This document shows, piece after piece, positions 12,131 to 27,169 of a stretch of 64,000 bases of DNA. Each line of letters starts with the position of its first letter. The stretch's first letter is position 1. The notes beneath the pieces were generated by a model. The model searched no databases. It saw only the letters and a program-made list of their open reading frames with translations, and was not told the origin of the DNA. The stretch spans positions 2,170,001 to 2,234,000 of the forward strand of contig NC_043024.1 in NCBI RefSeq assembly GCF_006345805.1, in the 5' to 3' direction. The DNA comes from Octopus sinensis. Taxonomy: Eukaryota. The position numbers and the translations under genes are program-made.

Positions 12131-12619
12131 AGATAGAAGCATTTCTTCCTTCGAAAAGGACGATTCTTTTCTTCAGCAAAATTGCTTTGAGTGTTCACGT
12201 TGGTGGTGGTGGCCATGTTTATAGCAGTATGGGTTGTCTTTACTTCTTTGTATCTTCTAAGGACAGACTGGCAGTGTTTGTAGTGAGTGCGCGATTTGAA
12301 TATAGAGGCACCTACCTCATCTTCGTAGTGACGGAGACCCTCCAGAGATGACTAGTCCTTCCTCACAGCCCCGACCCGAGCACTAACGATAGCAGCTGCT
12401 AGCCCAAACCCTTAGCGACGTCCTCACACGTCTTCTCACCTCCACGACCCACGTTGGAAAGGGCAATTTCCGCTCCCTGCGCACGCCTGACAGCTGACCC
12501 CTTCCGCTTGCCCAAACTTCCGGACAACGCACCCAGCTGATGACGTCATCCCACAGTTTTCTGTGTGCGTTCAAGCGGAACAACTTCCTTTTCAGACAGA
12601 TAGATAGGCAAATAGATAG

Positions 12620-12843
12620 GGTACTACTTGGGAACAGTGGTCCCGGAGCGCGCACTCGCGCTAGCTAGTCGTGACTAGTCGATCCTACGACTAGCTAGCA
12701 AAGTAAAAACTACACAAAATAATTTTTGTTAAAATAAATAAAACACAAAAACACAAAGTAAGGATCGACTAGTCATGACTAGCTAGCGCGGATGCACGAG
12801 TACGCGAGTGCGCGCACCAGGACCACTCTGCTCAAGTAGTACC
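12620..12843. mobile_element. MULE-like MITE (second copy of the 35021-35272 family)
   Basis: GGTACT..AGTACC termini with long TIRs; flanks aatagatag / gttagatag (7/9 match, degenerate TSD). Confidence 0.7.
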
Positions 12844-13707
12844 GTTAGATAGACAGACAGAGATAGACAGGCACAGATATGCTATAGAAATAATCTTTGA
12901 CGTACGCACCTGGAAGTTTTCCAGTGTTAAAACTTTCTTTGGAAGTTGCACGTCATCTTCAGCAGGTGCTTCGCGTGTGTGTATGTGTGTGTGTAGGCAG
13001 AGTACGGCCGAATGGTCAAGAAGATTCCTTAACAACCACGAGGTCCTTCGTTCTGTCCTACTGCGTGACACTTTGGGCAAATAACACTTTCTGCAGTGTC
13101 CAGTTGACCTGAATGAAATCGGACATAGGGGAAAGTGCTGAACCCAGGAATTCCAAAGAGGTCAGCTTCGGGTCGCAAAGGTTCTTGTATGATTCCAGCG
13201 GAATCCTCGGCGACTCACGGGAATTCCGGAGCAGGGGATTCAGTTGGTCTTACACCTGAATCCTCAACGGCGAACGACGGGGATCCACGATGTATAAAAA
13301 TATCTGTATTGGTATAGATGGAAATGGTGAGGATATTAAGAAATGGTTAATAGCAAAATGTGGGAAATAAAAAAACTGGAATGGGCAGTGAAAAGGAAAC
13401 GAAACAGTGTAAGAAATTATATAACTTTGTTTAAGTAATTTTTTTTAGTCCTTCCTTTTTTCTGAGTTGTGCGTTAGATATGAAATTAGATATGAAATCA
13501 TTCGTATCTAATTCCGGTCTCCTAATAATTATCAGTTATAAAGTGGAATTGACCAAGGAATAAAGATTTGTATGAAACTACAGCAGGAAATAAACGGAAT
13601 TTGCAAGACTGAACGGTTAATAGACGAGGGGAAGTAACTCTTCCTTCAACAAAAGTCCTGAATATTTTTATATAGCTTCGGGTTTAAATGACAATTAATT
13701 AATTCAA

Positions 13708-14253
13708 CAAATTATTAGAAAGGATCACAAAAGTACAGCCCCCAAAATTGCTGCAGGGCTTAATGACCGCCTCAAGAACCCAGTTTCCACAAAAACTTTT
13801 TGCTGGGAGCTGCACAAAGCCAGATTTCAAGGGAGGGCTGCAATCAGAAAACCACTACTTTCAAAAACAAACGTTGCAAAGCGATTAGAGTGCAGTAAAA
13901 ACCTACAGAAATGATCCCTAGAGCAGTGGAAGAATGTTATTTTCTAGGACGAGTCATCCTTTACCTTATTTCCGACAACCGGCCGAGTATACGTGTGAAG
14001 AGAGCCAAAAGAAGCATTTGACCCAGACTGCCTTCTTCCAACTGTTAAACATGGAGGAGGATCTGTAATGATCTGGGGAGCTATATCTTGGAAATCTGCC
14101 AGCCCAATGGTTTCCCTTCATGGCAGAATTAATAGTCAAGACTATTTAAGCATTTTATCTGATCAAATTCATCCTATGATTGTGGAACTTTCAGGATGAT
14201 AAAGCACCGATTCACACAGCTAAAGTTGTCACTGAATGGGACGAGGAACATTC
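13708..14253 (+). mobile_element. Tc1-like transposase remnant (copy A, with a ~30-nt internal deletion)
   Basis: ..RKPLLSKTNVAKRLE..WKNVIF*DESSFTLF..TVKHGGGSVMIWGAIS..DKAPIHTAKVV; stops; truncated before the catalytic E. Confidence 0.9.
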
Positions 14254-14319
14254 ATCAACCGTTTCAAAGTAAACATTAGTCCTTGCTCTTTTTTACACAA
14301 TAACTTCTGGTATTTCATA

Positions 14320-14465
14320 TACAGCAGATCTTTCCTTCTCCTATGTTTCCGACGAACTGCTCTGCTCGAAACGTTATACGCACCTTTTTCCTGAGCGTCC
14401 AATAATACTATATTTGTTCCACGTCTTCGCATTGTTGTGCTTTATTTGTGCTTTCTTGGTTGGAT
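14320..14465 (+). mobile_element. Dispersed repeat with degenerate hammerhead-like motif (family also at 35665-35850, 58230-58440)
   Basis: tttccgacga..gctcgaaacgtt..cctgagcgtccaataata shared by three copies, each ending in (TA)n. Confidence 0.6.
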
Positions 14466-14784
14466 TAACTATATATATATAACCGATTGTGGCTGCTAAC
14501 AGATTCCCCTGGCACCTGTGCCGGTGGTATGTAAAAAACACCCACTACACTTGCGGAGTGGTTGGCGTTAGGAAGGGCATCCAGCTGTAGAAACACTGCC
14601 AGATCAGACTGGGCCTGGTGCAGCCTCCTTGCTTCCCAGACCCTGGTCGAGCCGTCCAGCCCGTGCTAGCATGGAAAACGGACGTTAAACAACGATCATG
14701 ATCATGATATATATACAAATTAAAATCCAGGAAACAGAGAAGTAGCATCAATATAGTTTATTCACTGAAAAAATTCAACATGTA

Positions 14785-14866
14785 CACTTACAGCTGTTTC
14801 GATTTTGCTCAAAAGAAATTCCAATAATTAAAACCTTTAATTGGGCAAAATCTCATCAGAGGAATG
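14785..14866 (-). ncRNA. Minimal type I hammerhead ribozyme (canonical core, weak stem I)
   Basis: CTGATGA(14859-14853); 8-bp stem II GATTTTGC/GCAAAATC, extendable; GAAA(14800-14797); C-AGCT-G; GUA, cut 14789/14788; stem I only 2 WC pairs plus a wobble. Confidence 0.65.
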
Positions 14867-14995
14867 AAAAAGACATATCGTTAGGTTATCACATGTTATT
14901 CTTCCAAAACATCTCAACAGACTAAAACTTTTTTTTAATTACTAATATTGGTATAAATCTTGGCCAGTGGGTAACAGGTTGTATAAGGGTAATAA

Positions 14996-15706
14996 TCTTT
15001 ATATATATAAAACTGAGAATGTGTGTCTGTCTGTCTGTGTTTCCCTAAAACGTGAGAACTACACAACCAATTTCGTTCAAATTTTACACATGCCTTACTT
15101 AGGGTCCATGTAGTTTCATGGGCAAAAAAAATGTTCAACTTCTTGCCTAGAGCGAGCCCATAGCAATATCATATTTTCTCCGCTATTTCAGTATTACATG
15201 TTAAAAGTGAAACAAAAATATTTCACTATTTTATGTCAGATGCTTTCACTTTAACAACAAAAATAATAATAACAATTCAATTATATGTAGTAAGTAATAA
15301 TTAAAATCAAACTAAAGTATAATATAATCGTAACATACAAAAGTAAAAATAGCAATTGGTATAAAATTGCATCAATGATTTGAACTTGAATAAGTGGTTT
15401 CACATGAATGGGAATAAATTAAAAATATAATCAGCGTGCAGAAATGGAATAGTCCAGATGGATAATACAAAATTAAATTAAAAACAAGACTTTTGTCTAT
15501 AAAGTATACAACATAGAGAAAAAAGAAGAGCTAACAATTCCAGTCTGTTATATATTTTGAGTATTGTTATCACTAGTGATATCAAGATATAACTTTGTAT
15601 TTTGCATTTTATGTGTAGATGTATATAGATAGATGTACATGTAATATGTACACATATATACATGCACTAGCACTATGACCCGGCAACGACGGGTCTTTAA
15701 TGCTAG
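14996..15706 (+). mobile_element. Non-autonomous Helitron-like element (second family)
   Basis: 5' TC(tttatatatataaaa..gtctgtctgt), 3' hairpin GACCCG-gcaacga-CGGGTC then CTAG|T. Confidence 0.6.
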
Positions 15707-15994
15707 TTGGTAAATAAATGGTAGATAGTGAGTTATATTTCTCACTATAATTATTTTATAATGTATCGATTTAATTATTTTGTAATTTATCTATATCAGT
15801 TCAATCAATTTCTTTAACAAAGATATAAATGTGATCACGTTGTTCTCTCATTCATATGATACTATTTTTACTATAACTCACTAATCTAACATTTATTTAA
15901 TGCGGTTTCGATTACCAGACCGGGCGTTGTGTGTGTTTATTGAGCGAAAACACCTAAAGCGAATTTGGTAGACGGAAACTGAAAGATGCCTGTC

Positions 15995-16035
<41 letters not shown>

Positions 16036-16254
16036 GGTTTGTGTGTCTGTGTTTGTACCCCTAGCTTTGCTTGTCAATCGATGCTGGTGTGTTTACGTCC
16101 CCGTCACCTAGTGGTTCAGCAAAAGAGACCGATAGAATAAGTACTGGGCTTACAAAGAATAAGTCCTGGGGTTGATTTGCTCGATCAAAGGCGGTGCTCC
16201 AGCATGGCCGCAGTCAAATGACTGAAACAAGTAAAAGAGAGAGAGAGAGTAATA

Positions 16255-18546
<2,292 letters not shown>

Positions 18547-19937
18547 TATTTTTCTCCTCTCACCACAAAGTCCAAATGTCTTTTTTTTTATATTCTATTC
18601 CCCAGTTATTTCTGTTGCTTGAAATGCTTAGCGGTATTTCGTCTGTCTTTTTGCTCTGAGTTCAAATTCCACTGAGGTCGACTTTGCCATTCACCCTTTC
18701 GGGGTCAATAAATAAAGTACCAGTTTCACACTAGGGTTGATATAATCAACTTAATCCCTTTGTCATTCTTTATTTGTCCCCTCTATGTTTAGCCCCCTAG
18801 TGGGCAATAAAAAATAAATATTTCCATCAACTGTAATCATTGTCAATATCTGAGGGGCCTGCCAATTCCTTTGAAATCCAGGGTTAATTAGAATACAGGA
18901 TTGGTTTTCTTGCACCCATTCCAGGCAGTGAAGTACAGAAATGCTGCTAATAATCACACACCCAAAGAAAATCTTTTACAATTCTATAATCGATTTATAT
19001 AAACAGGGTAATATTTCTTCTGTGTAGCATCTTAGTTTCATCTTAAACAATATATCATATATATTCATGATGTGTTCGATGTAAAATCTTCTTTTATGCT
19101 AAATATCCTCTCTGACACTCTGAAATAAAAAAGAAATAATATGAGATATAGAATATACTTGAAAAGTAAAGATTAACTAATGAAAATTTTATTACGTTTT
19201 TATACTGATAAACTGGAGATATAAACCTTTAGCTGGCCAAATAAACGTTAACACGTCAGTCTGACAAACAAACAAGGAGATTATAAGGTAGTCATGGGAT
19301 GTGCTAAAAATAATAGCTAATTAGCTCTTAAATCACGCACCAATTTTTTAAATTTTGTTTTGGTTTTTGCACAATCCTATGAATTACAAATTCGCAAGAG
19401 TTTTCTAAAAATTCCCAAAAAGTTTAGAACCAACAAAGAATTTACGATTTTCATCTGCTGTTTGTTTGTTGAGCGAAGCGGTCTTCGTCCCAGAGCTCGC
19501 AAGATGGAAGAAGTCGGAAACGTGGTCCTTTGCTATTCGTAAGACCCGCAGAAGAGAAAGCAGGTCAGCCCCCCCCCCCGACACCGAGAGCATCGAATGA
19601 TGGATGAATCCGCATCCAGGTTCGGCGGTTGCGTAGGAAGTCGGGGGACAAGAAACAGGAAGAAAGAGTGAGAGAAAGTTGGGGCGAAAGAGTACAACAG
19701 GGGTCGCCACAATCCTCTGCTGGAGCATCGTGGAGCGTTAGGTGTTTTCGCTCAATAAACACACACAACGCCCAGTCTGGGAATCGAAACCGCGATCCTC
19801 CGACCGCGAGTCCGCTGCCCTAACCACTGGGCAATTGCGCCTCCACTTACATCTGCTGTATATGAAATACCAGAAGCTATTGTGTTAAAAAGAGCAAGGA
19901 CTAACATTTACTTTGAAACGGTTGATGATGATGATGA

Positions 19938-19972
<35 letters not shown>

Positions 19973-20201
19973 CTACCCACAAAAGGATAAACATAGAGGG
20001 GACAAACAAGGACAGACATAGGGATTAAGTCGATTACATTGACCCCAGTGCATAACTGGTACTTAATTTATCGACCCTGAAAGATGAAAGGCAAAGTCGA
20101 CCACAGTGGAATGTGAACTCATAACGTAAAGGCACATGCATTTCGCCCGTCGTGCTAATGTTGCTGCCAGCTCGCCACCTTCATATATATATATATTTGC
20201 G

Positions 20202-20232
<31 letters not shown>

Positions 20233-20234
<2 letters not shown>

Positions 20235-22988
20235 CATCATCATCATCATCGTTTAACGTCCGTTCTCCATGCTAGCATGGGTTGGATGGTTCGACCGGGG
20301 ATCTGGGAAGCCAGAAGGCTGTACCAGTCTTATCTGGCAATATTTCTACAGCTGGATGCCCTTCCTAACGCCAACCCTCCGTGAGTGTAGTGGGTGCTTT
20401 TTACGTGCCACCTGCACAGGTGCCAGGCGAGGCTGGCAACGGCCACGGTCGGATTGGTGTATTTTATGTGCCACTCGAAACGGCGCTGGCATTGGCCACG
20501 AGTAGGATAGTGCTTTTTACGTACCACCAGACCAGGGATCCTGGCTGGTTCAATTCGATTTCGATTTCGCTTGCCCCAACATGTCTTCGCAAGCAAAGGA
20601 GGGTTGGCATGGGTGCCTGTCGTCGGATGAGGTTCTATATCGACTTCGCTTGCCTCAACAGGTCTTTGTGTGCAAGGGAGGAAAGGCATTCATATGTGGG
20701 CTGGGCTCACTTGTCCTGCCTGGTCTTCTCACGTACAGCATATTTCCATAGGTCTCGGTCGCTGGTCATTTCCTCAGTGAGGCCTAAAGTTCGAAGGTCC
20801 TGCTTCACCACCTCCTCCCAGGTTTTCCTGGGTCTACATCTTCAACGGGTTCATCAACTGCTAGGGATTGGCACTTTCTCACACACCTATCTTCATCCAT
20901 TCTCGCCACATGTCCATACCAGCGCAATCGTCTCTCTTGCACACCACAACTGATGCTTCTTAGATACAACATTTCTCTCAAGGTACTAACGCTCTGTCGA
21001 GTATGTACACTGACGTTACACATCCATCGGAGCATACTGGCTTCATTCCTCACAAGCTTACGCATGTCTTCAGCAGTCACGGCCCATGTTTCACTGCCAT
21101 GTAGCATGGCTGTTCGTACACATGCATCATACAGTCTGCTTTTTACTCTGAGCGAGAGGCCTTCAGTCACCAGCAGAGGTAAGAGCTCCCTAGACTTTGC
21201 CCAGGCTATTCTTATCCTAGCAGTTACACTTTCAGTGCACCCATCCCCACTACTGACTTGGTCACCTAGATAATGGAAGCTATCAACTACTTCTAGTTTT
21301 TCCCGCTGGAAAGTGACGGAAGTTGTTTTCTGCAGATTTTCGAAGGTTAATGCTCCCAAGCATCTGCCACATACAAAAACTATCTTCCCAGTTAGCCTAC
21401 CTTTGACATTGCTGCACCCCTTATGTGTCCATAGCTTACACTGGGTACATCTTATAGAGTTTCTACTTACACCTTTTCTACAGATCGAGCAGGGCCATCT
21501 TCCTGAAGACATTTGTGGATTGTCTACCTTCCTACTTATTAGTACTTTGGTTTTAGCTAGGTTGACTCTAAGGCCCCTCGATTCTAAACCCTCCTTCCAC
21601 ACCTGGAACTTCTCCTCCAGTTCTGATAGTGACTCAGCAATTAGAGCAAGGTCGTCAGCACAGAGGAGCTCCCAGGGGCAACCCGTCTTGAATTCCTCCG
21701 TAATTGTCTGGAGGACTATGATAAACAGGAGGGGGCTGAGTACTGAACCCTGGTGGACCCCAACCTCTACTTTGAATTCTTCGGTGTATAAGTTGCCAAC
21801 CCTAACCTTACTTACGGCATCTCTGTACATGGCTTGCACAGCCCTCACCAGCCATTCATCTATCCCTAGTTTCCTCATTGACCACCAGATAAGGGATCGG
21901 GGGACCCTATCAAAGGCTTTCTCCATGTCAACGAAAGCCAGGTACAAGGGCTTATCTTTGGCTAGGTATTTCTCCTGCAGCTGCCTTACCAGGAATATAG
22001 CATCAGTGGTACTTTTCCCTGGCACGAACCCAAACTGCATCTCATCTAAACTAACTCTCTCTCTAATTAGGTGGGCTATGACCCTCTCCGTAACCTTCAT
22101 TACCTGATCCAACAGCTTGATACCTCTGTAATTATTTGTATCTAGGGCATCACCTTTACCTTTGTAGCAGTTGACTAGTATGCTGCTACACCAGTTATTG
22201 GGTATGACTCCTTCATGTATCACCTGGTTGACTATACGGGTGACTAGGTTATATCCGACACTGCCAGATGTTTTGAGCATCTCTGCAGTAATTCCTGATG
22301 GGCCTGGGGCTTTCCCTGTCTTCATGCTTCTAATTGCCTTAGCTACCACGGAACTATCAACTCGGATAGCTGGTCCCTCTGTTGGGTCAACATTCGGCAG
22401 ACTCTCTTTATCCCATTCATTTTCTTTATTCAGCAACCTTTCATAGTGGCATCTCCAAACCTCTCTCTTTGCATCCTCATTTAGCGCAAGTGAACCATCA
22501 TCCATGCGAACACACTTCTCTCCTACCACATCACGATTCTCTCTCACACACTGTCTTGCAACACGAAATACCTCAAGTCTTTCATCCTCACGGCTCACAA
22601 CATTGGCAAATTTTTTCTTATCCGCTTCCCCTCTAGCTAAATAAACATGTCTCCTAGCTTCCCTTCTGGCTGTCTGATACAATTCCCTGCTACCACCGTT
22701 CTTCCAGTCCCTCCAAGCCTGTTTCTTTTGTCTAATAGCCCTGTCCACCACATTGTTCCACCACGACGTTACTCTGGGTCGAGACGGAACTTTGCTCCAT
22801 CCACAGATCTGGTCAGTGGCTGTCAGCAGATTGTCCCGTAGAAATCTCCAGTTGTCTTCCACATTAAGTGAAGCTATATCCCCTTCTATTTCGTCAAAGG
22901 CTTCGAGTAGTATGTCTCTAAATCTCTGTCCATTTGCAGGATCTTTAAGCTTCCAGACCCTTCTCCTCCAAGCTGGTCTTCTTCTGGG

Positions 22989-22990
<2 letters not shown>
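20233..22990 (-). mobile_element. 5'-truncated RTE-clade LINE in ZNF-B intron; RT domain present, endonuclease missing, inactive
   Basis: ORF with KAPGPSG, NYRGIKLL, QFGFVPGKSTTD, AFVDMEKAFDRV, GVHQGSVLSP, CADD (for YADD), LRWYGHVARM; frameshift plus stop near the C-terminus (~20850); ~500-nt 3' UTR and (gat)n tail; both ends in (TA)n. Confidence 0.93.
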
Positions 22991-23029
<39 letters not shown>

Positions 23030-23127
23030 TAAAACGGTAAGATAACAAAAGAAAGAAAGAGACCTCAATATTATGTAAATAGAGGAAATTTATCTATAAA
23101 ATAATATGTTACATTACTCAATAGTCA

Positions 23128-23190
23128 AGATAAAACTCTGAGTTTCAGATGCCGAAGTGGAAATCCACAACACCATCTCTTCGGTTATCT
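23128..23190 (-). ncRNA. Core-variant hammerhead-like fold in ZNF-B intron
   Basis: 6-bp stem I AGATAA/TTATCT, CCGAAGA (U4C), stem II GATG/CATC with inner GTGG/CCAC hairpin, extra T before GAAA, stem III ACT-cag-AGT, GUU site. Confidence 0.5.
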
Positions 23191-24068
23191 GGCCATCTGA
23201 AAAAACGCTATGAAAAAATACCGTTATATAAAGGGAAATTACTGTATTATAATTCTGCGCGCGAAAACCCACGTGCGTACTTATACGTCACTATGGAAAC
23301 ATACACATCTTCACTCGCATTTTTCGCCAAATATATACGCATATATATATACAACCTCTTACATACACACATGCGTACCGTAAAAGTTCATACATACGTC
23401 TATATACGCACAAACACAAGAAAAACCATGGTTAAAGGTAACAGAAAAAAAAACATAAGGAAGTATACAAAGCATAAAAACCACGTTCATATACGGACAT
23501 GCCCCTATGCACTCATACACACACACACGCCCATATATGTACATACCCGCACATATTTATATACGCATACATACACACGCATATACAAAAAATGAATATA
23601 TATATGTCCCCCCCCACCATAAAAATGGAAAAATACTAAGTTAAAACGTCTATATATATATATGTGCATTCTTATGCCCGCACACACATATATAAATATA
23701 GACATATATATGTATATACATATATATGCACATACACACACACAAAAAAGTTGGCGATTACAAAGGTATTTCACAAGAATCATATATATAGTGGAAGCCG
23801 CTTATTGTGATCATTTCCGTACAGCATTGGCCGACACCTAACAGATGACGTTAAACAAATATAAAGTCTGAACCAATTAATTTCGATAACAATAACCGGC
23901 TGATAACGTTATCCGCTATTCCGATTGACCGCCACTCCATTCCTGCCCAGCCTACATCAATACACAACAAACTACGGCATTTCTATAAATCGCAGTATTT
24001 GCTATACAACGTCTTCAATCAGATCGTATTCCTCTCCAATATATATACATATATATATAATAACTTAC

Positions 24069-24169
24069 CCCTGATGCTTAATAAATAAATAAATATTTAT
24101 TTACTTTCGATTTCGTCTCCAAAGAATTGAGGAAACGTGACAAGCCGGAAGTAAGGTGCGTCATGTGAC
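24069..24169 (-). promoter_or_regulatory. Predicted non-coding exon 1 and core promoter of ZNF-B
   Basis: Donor at 24068; CCGGAAGT 24145-24152; GTCATGTGAC 24160-24169. Confidence 0.55.
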
Positions 24170-24884
24170 TTAGACTCTTTAATATATGAAACCACAAAGA
24201 GTGCTGTCGACACAAAAGCGAAACTAAGAAGGAAGGGGGAACGTAATATTGTTGTTGACTATCACCATGGTTACTGTCTAAGCGGAAGGCGCATGGCTCG
24301 GTGGTTAGCGCATCGGGCTATCAATCACGAGTTAGTGAGTTCGATTCCCTGGATCTTTTCGCTGTTCCACGTTGCCAGCGGAATCCTCGGCGACTCACGG
24401 GAATTCCGGAGCAGGGGATTCAGTTGGTCTTACACCTGAATCCTCATCGGCGAACGACGGGGATCCGCGATGTATGAAAATGTCTGTATAGGTATAGATG
24501 GAAATGGTGAGGATATTAAGAAATGGTTAATAGCAAAATGTGGGAAAGAAAAAAACTGGAATGGGCAGTGAAAAGGAAAACGAAACAGTGAAAGAAATTA
24601 TATAGCTTCGTTTAAATAATTTTTTTAGTCCTTCCTTTTTTCTGAGTTGTGCGTTAGATATGAAATTAGATATGAAATCATTCGTATCTAATTCCGGTCT
24701 CCTAATAATTATCAGTTATAAAGCGGAATTGATCAAGGAAGAAAGATTTGTATGAAACTATAGCAGGAAATAAACGGAATTTGCAAGACTGAACGGTTAA
24801 TGGACGAGGGGAAGTAACTCTTCTTTCAACAAAAGTCTTGAATATTTTTATATAGCTTCGGGTTTAAATGACAATTAATTCAAC

Positions 24885-25453
24885 AAATTGTTAGAAAGGA
24901 TCACAAAAGTACAGACCCCAAAATTACTGCAGGGGTTAATGACCGCCTCAAGAACCCAGTTTCCACAAAAACTTTTTGCTGGGAGCTGCACAAAGCCAGA
25001 TTTCAAGGGAGGGCTGCAATCAGAAAACCACTACTTTCAAAAACAAACGTTGCAAAGCGTTTAGAGTGCAGTAAAAACCTACAGAAATGATCCCTAGAGC
25101 AGTGGAAGAATGTTATTTTCTAGGACGAGTCATCCTTTACCTTATTTCCGACCACCGGCCGAGTTTACGTGTGAAGAGAGCCAAAAGAAGCATTTGACCC
25201 AGACTGCCTTCTTCCAACTGTTAAACATGGAGGAGGATCTGTAATGATCTGGGGAGCTATATCTTGGAAATCTGCCAGCCCAATGGTTTCCCTTCATGGC
25301 AGAATAAATAGTCAAGTCTATTTAAGCATTTTATCTGATCAAATTCATCCTATGGTTGCGGAACTGATTCTGGAGGGAAACACAAGCTTTCAAGATGATA
25401 ATGCACCAATTCACACAGCTAAAGTTGTCACTGAATGGCACGAGGAACATTCC
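24885..25453 (+). mobile_element. Tc1-like transposase remnant (copy B)
   Basis: VIF*DESSF..VKHGGGSVMIWGAIS..FQDDNAPIHTAKVVTEW; in-frame stops. Confidence 0.9.
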
Positions 25454-25454
25454 A

Positions 25455-25872
<418 letters not shown>

Positions 25873-26389
25873 ATTTATTTGTTCATGCCTGGGCTATATC
25901 ATCATCATCATCATCGTCGTACATATATACGACAGGCTTCTTTCAGTTTCCATCTACCAAATCCACTCACAAGGCTTTGGTCGGCCCGGGGCTATAGTAG
26001 AAGACACTTGCCCAAGGTGCCACGTAGTGGGACTGAACCCGGAACCATGTGGTTGGTAAGCAAGCTACTTACCCCACAGCCACTCCTGCACCTGTATATA
26101 TGTATATATACGACAGGCTTCTTTCAGTTTCTGTCTACCAAATCCACTCACAAGGCTTTGGTCGGCCCGGGGCTATAGTAGAAGACACTTGCCCAAGGTG
26201 CCATGCAGTGGGACTGAACCCGGAACCATGTGGTTGGTAAGCAAGCTACTTACCCCACAGCCACTCCTGCACCTGTATTATCTCACAGCTTCAAATATTT
26301 CAATGATGTGATAGTATTTTTTTAGAACGACATCATAGGGTAGGTGTAAGGGGCTGGATCTGGGTGATTGTAATATAAAATAGGTAGAT

Positions 26390-26794
26390 AGGCGCAGGAG
26401 TGGCTGTGTGGTAAGTAGCTTGCTTACCAACCACATGGTTCCGGGTTCAGTCCCACTGCGTGGCACCTTGGGCAAGTGTCTTCTATTATAGCCTCGGGCC
26501 GAGCAAAGCCTTGTGAGTGGATTTGGTAGACGGAAACTGAAAGAAGCCTGTCATATATATGTATATATATGTGTGCATGTGTGTTTGTCTGTCTGTGTTT
26601 GTCCCCCCAACATCGCTTGACAACCGATGCTGGTGTGTTTACGTACCCGTCACTTAGCGGTTCGGCAATAAGAGAATGATAGAATAAGTACTGGGCTTAC
26701 AAAAGAATAAGTCCCGGGGTTGAGTTGCTCGACTAAAGGCGGTGCTCCAGCATGGCCACAGTCAAATGACTGAAACAAGTAAAAGAGTAAAGAG
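26390..26794 (+). mobile_element. Full-length family-1 tRNA-derived SINE (CORE-like segment ggcaccttgggcaagtgtctt)
   Basis: Head ggagtggctgtgtggtaag..gggttcagtcccac, internal (TA/TG) tract, tail gtaaaagagtaaagag; many other copies in the window. Confidence 0.85.
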
Positions 26795-27169
26795 AAGATT
26801 TGTGCCAAATATGGTCAGTTTAAATGCTAATGGGTTGATAAACCGTCTGACCCATGCAAGTATGGACAATGATGATGATGATATTTTCAGAGCCAACAAA
26901 TATGAAAAAAATAATTTTGATTCTTCAGAAACTAACAACCAACAAATATAGTCAAAAGATTTTAATTTAACATTTACAAGATATTTAGAAAACATTTTCA
27001 TTTACATATAAATTCTCAGTAATTTTTTTCCTTTTTACTTTTGTTTAGAGAGGATACTTTTTGTTTCCAAGAAATCATCTCAATAGCATTCACTTCTGTT
27101 TAACCATTTTGTTTTGGTATTTCTCTTTGAAATATACTGTTGCTTTTAATTCAGTTAGTCTTTAAAATA

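Noticed and set aside
21660-21662. YADD to CADD (A>G) as a trace of ADAR editing before retrotransposition
   Set aside because: No cluster of A>G changes evident; other apparent substitutions are of different types
24290-24352. tRNA-like sequence with A and B boxes (and other SINE heads)
   Set aside because: No complete cloverleaf or acceptor stem; these are SINE heads, not tRNA genes
26900-26930. Minus-strand CTGAAGA with a downstream GAAA
   Set aside because: No credible stem II or stem III; chance match in AT-rich DNA
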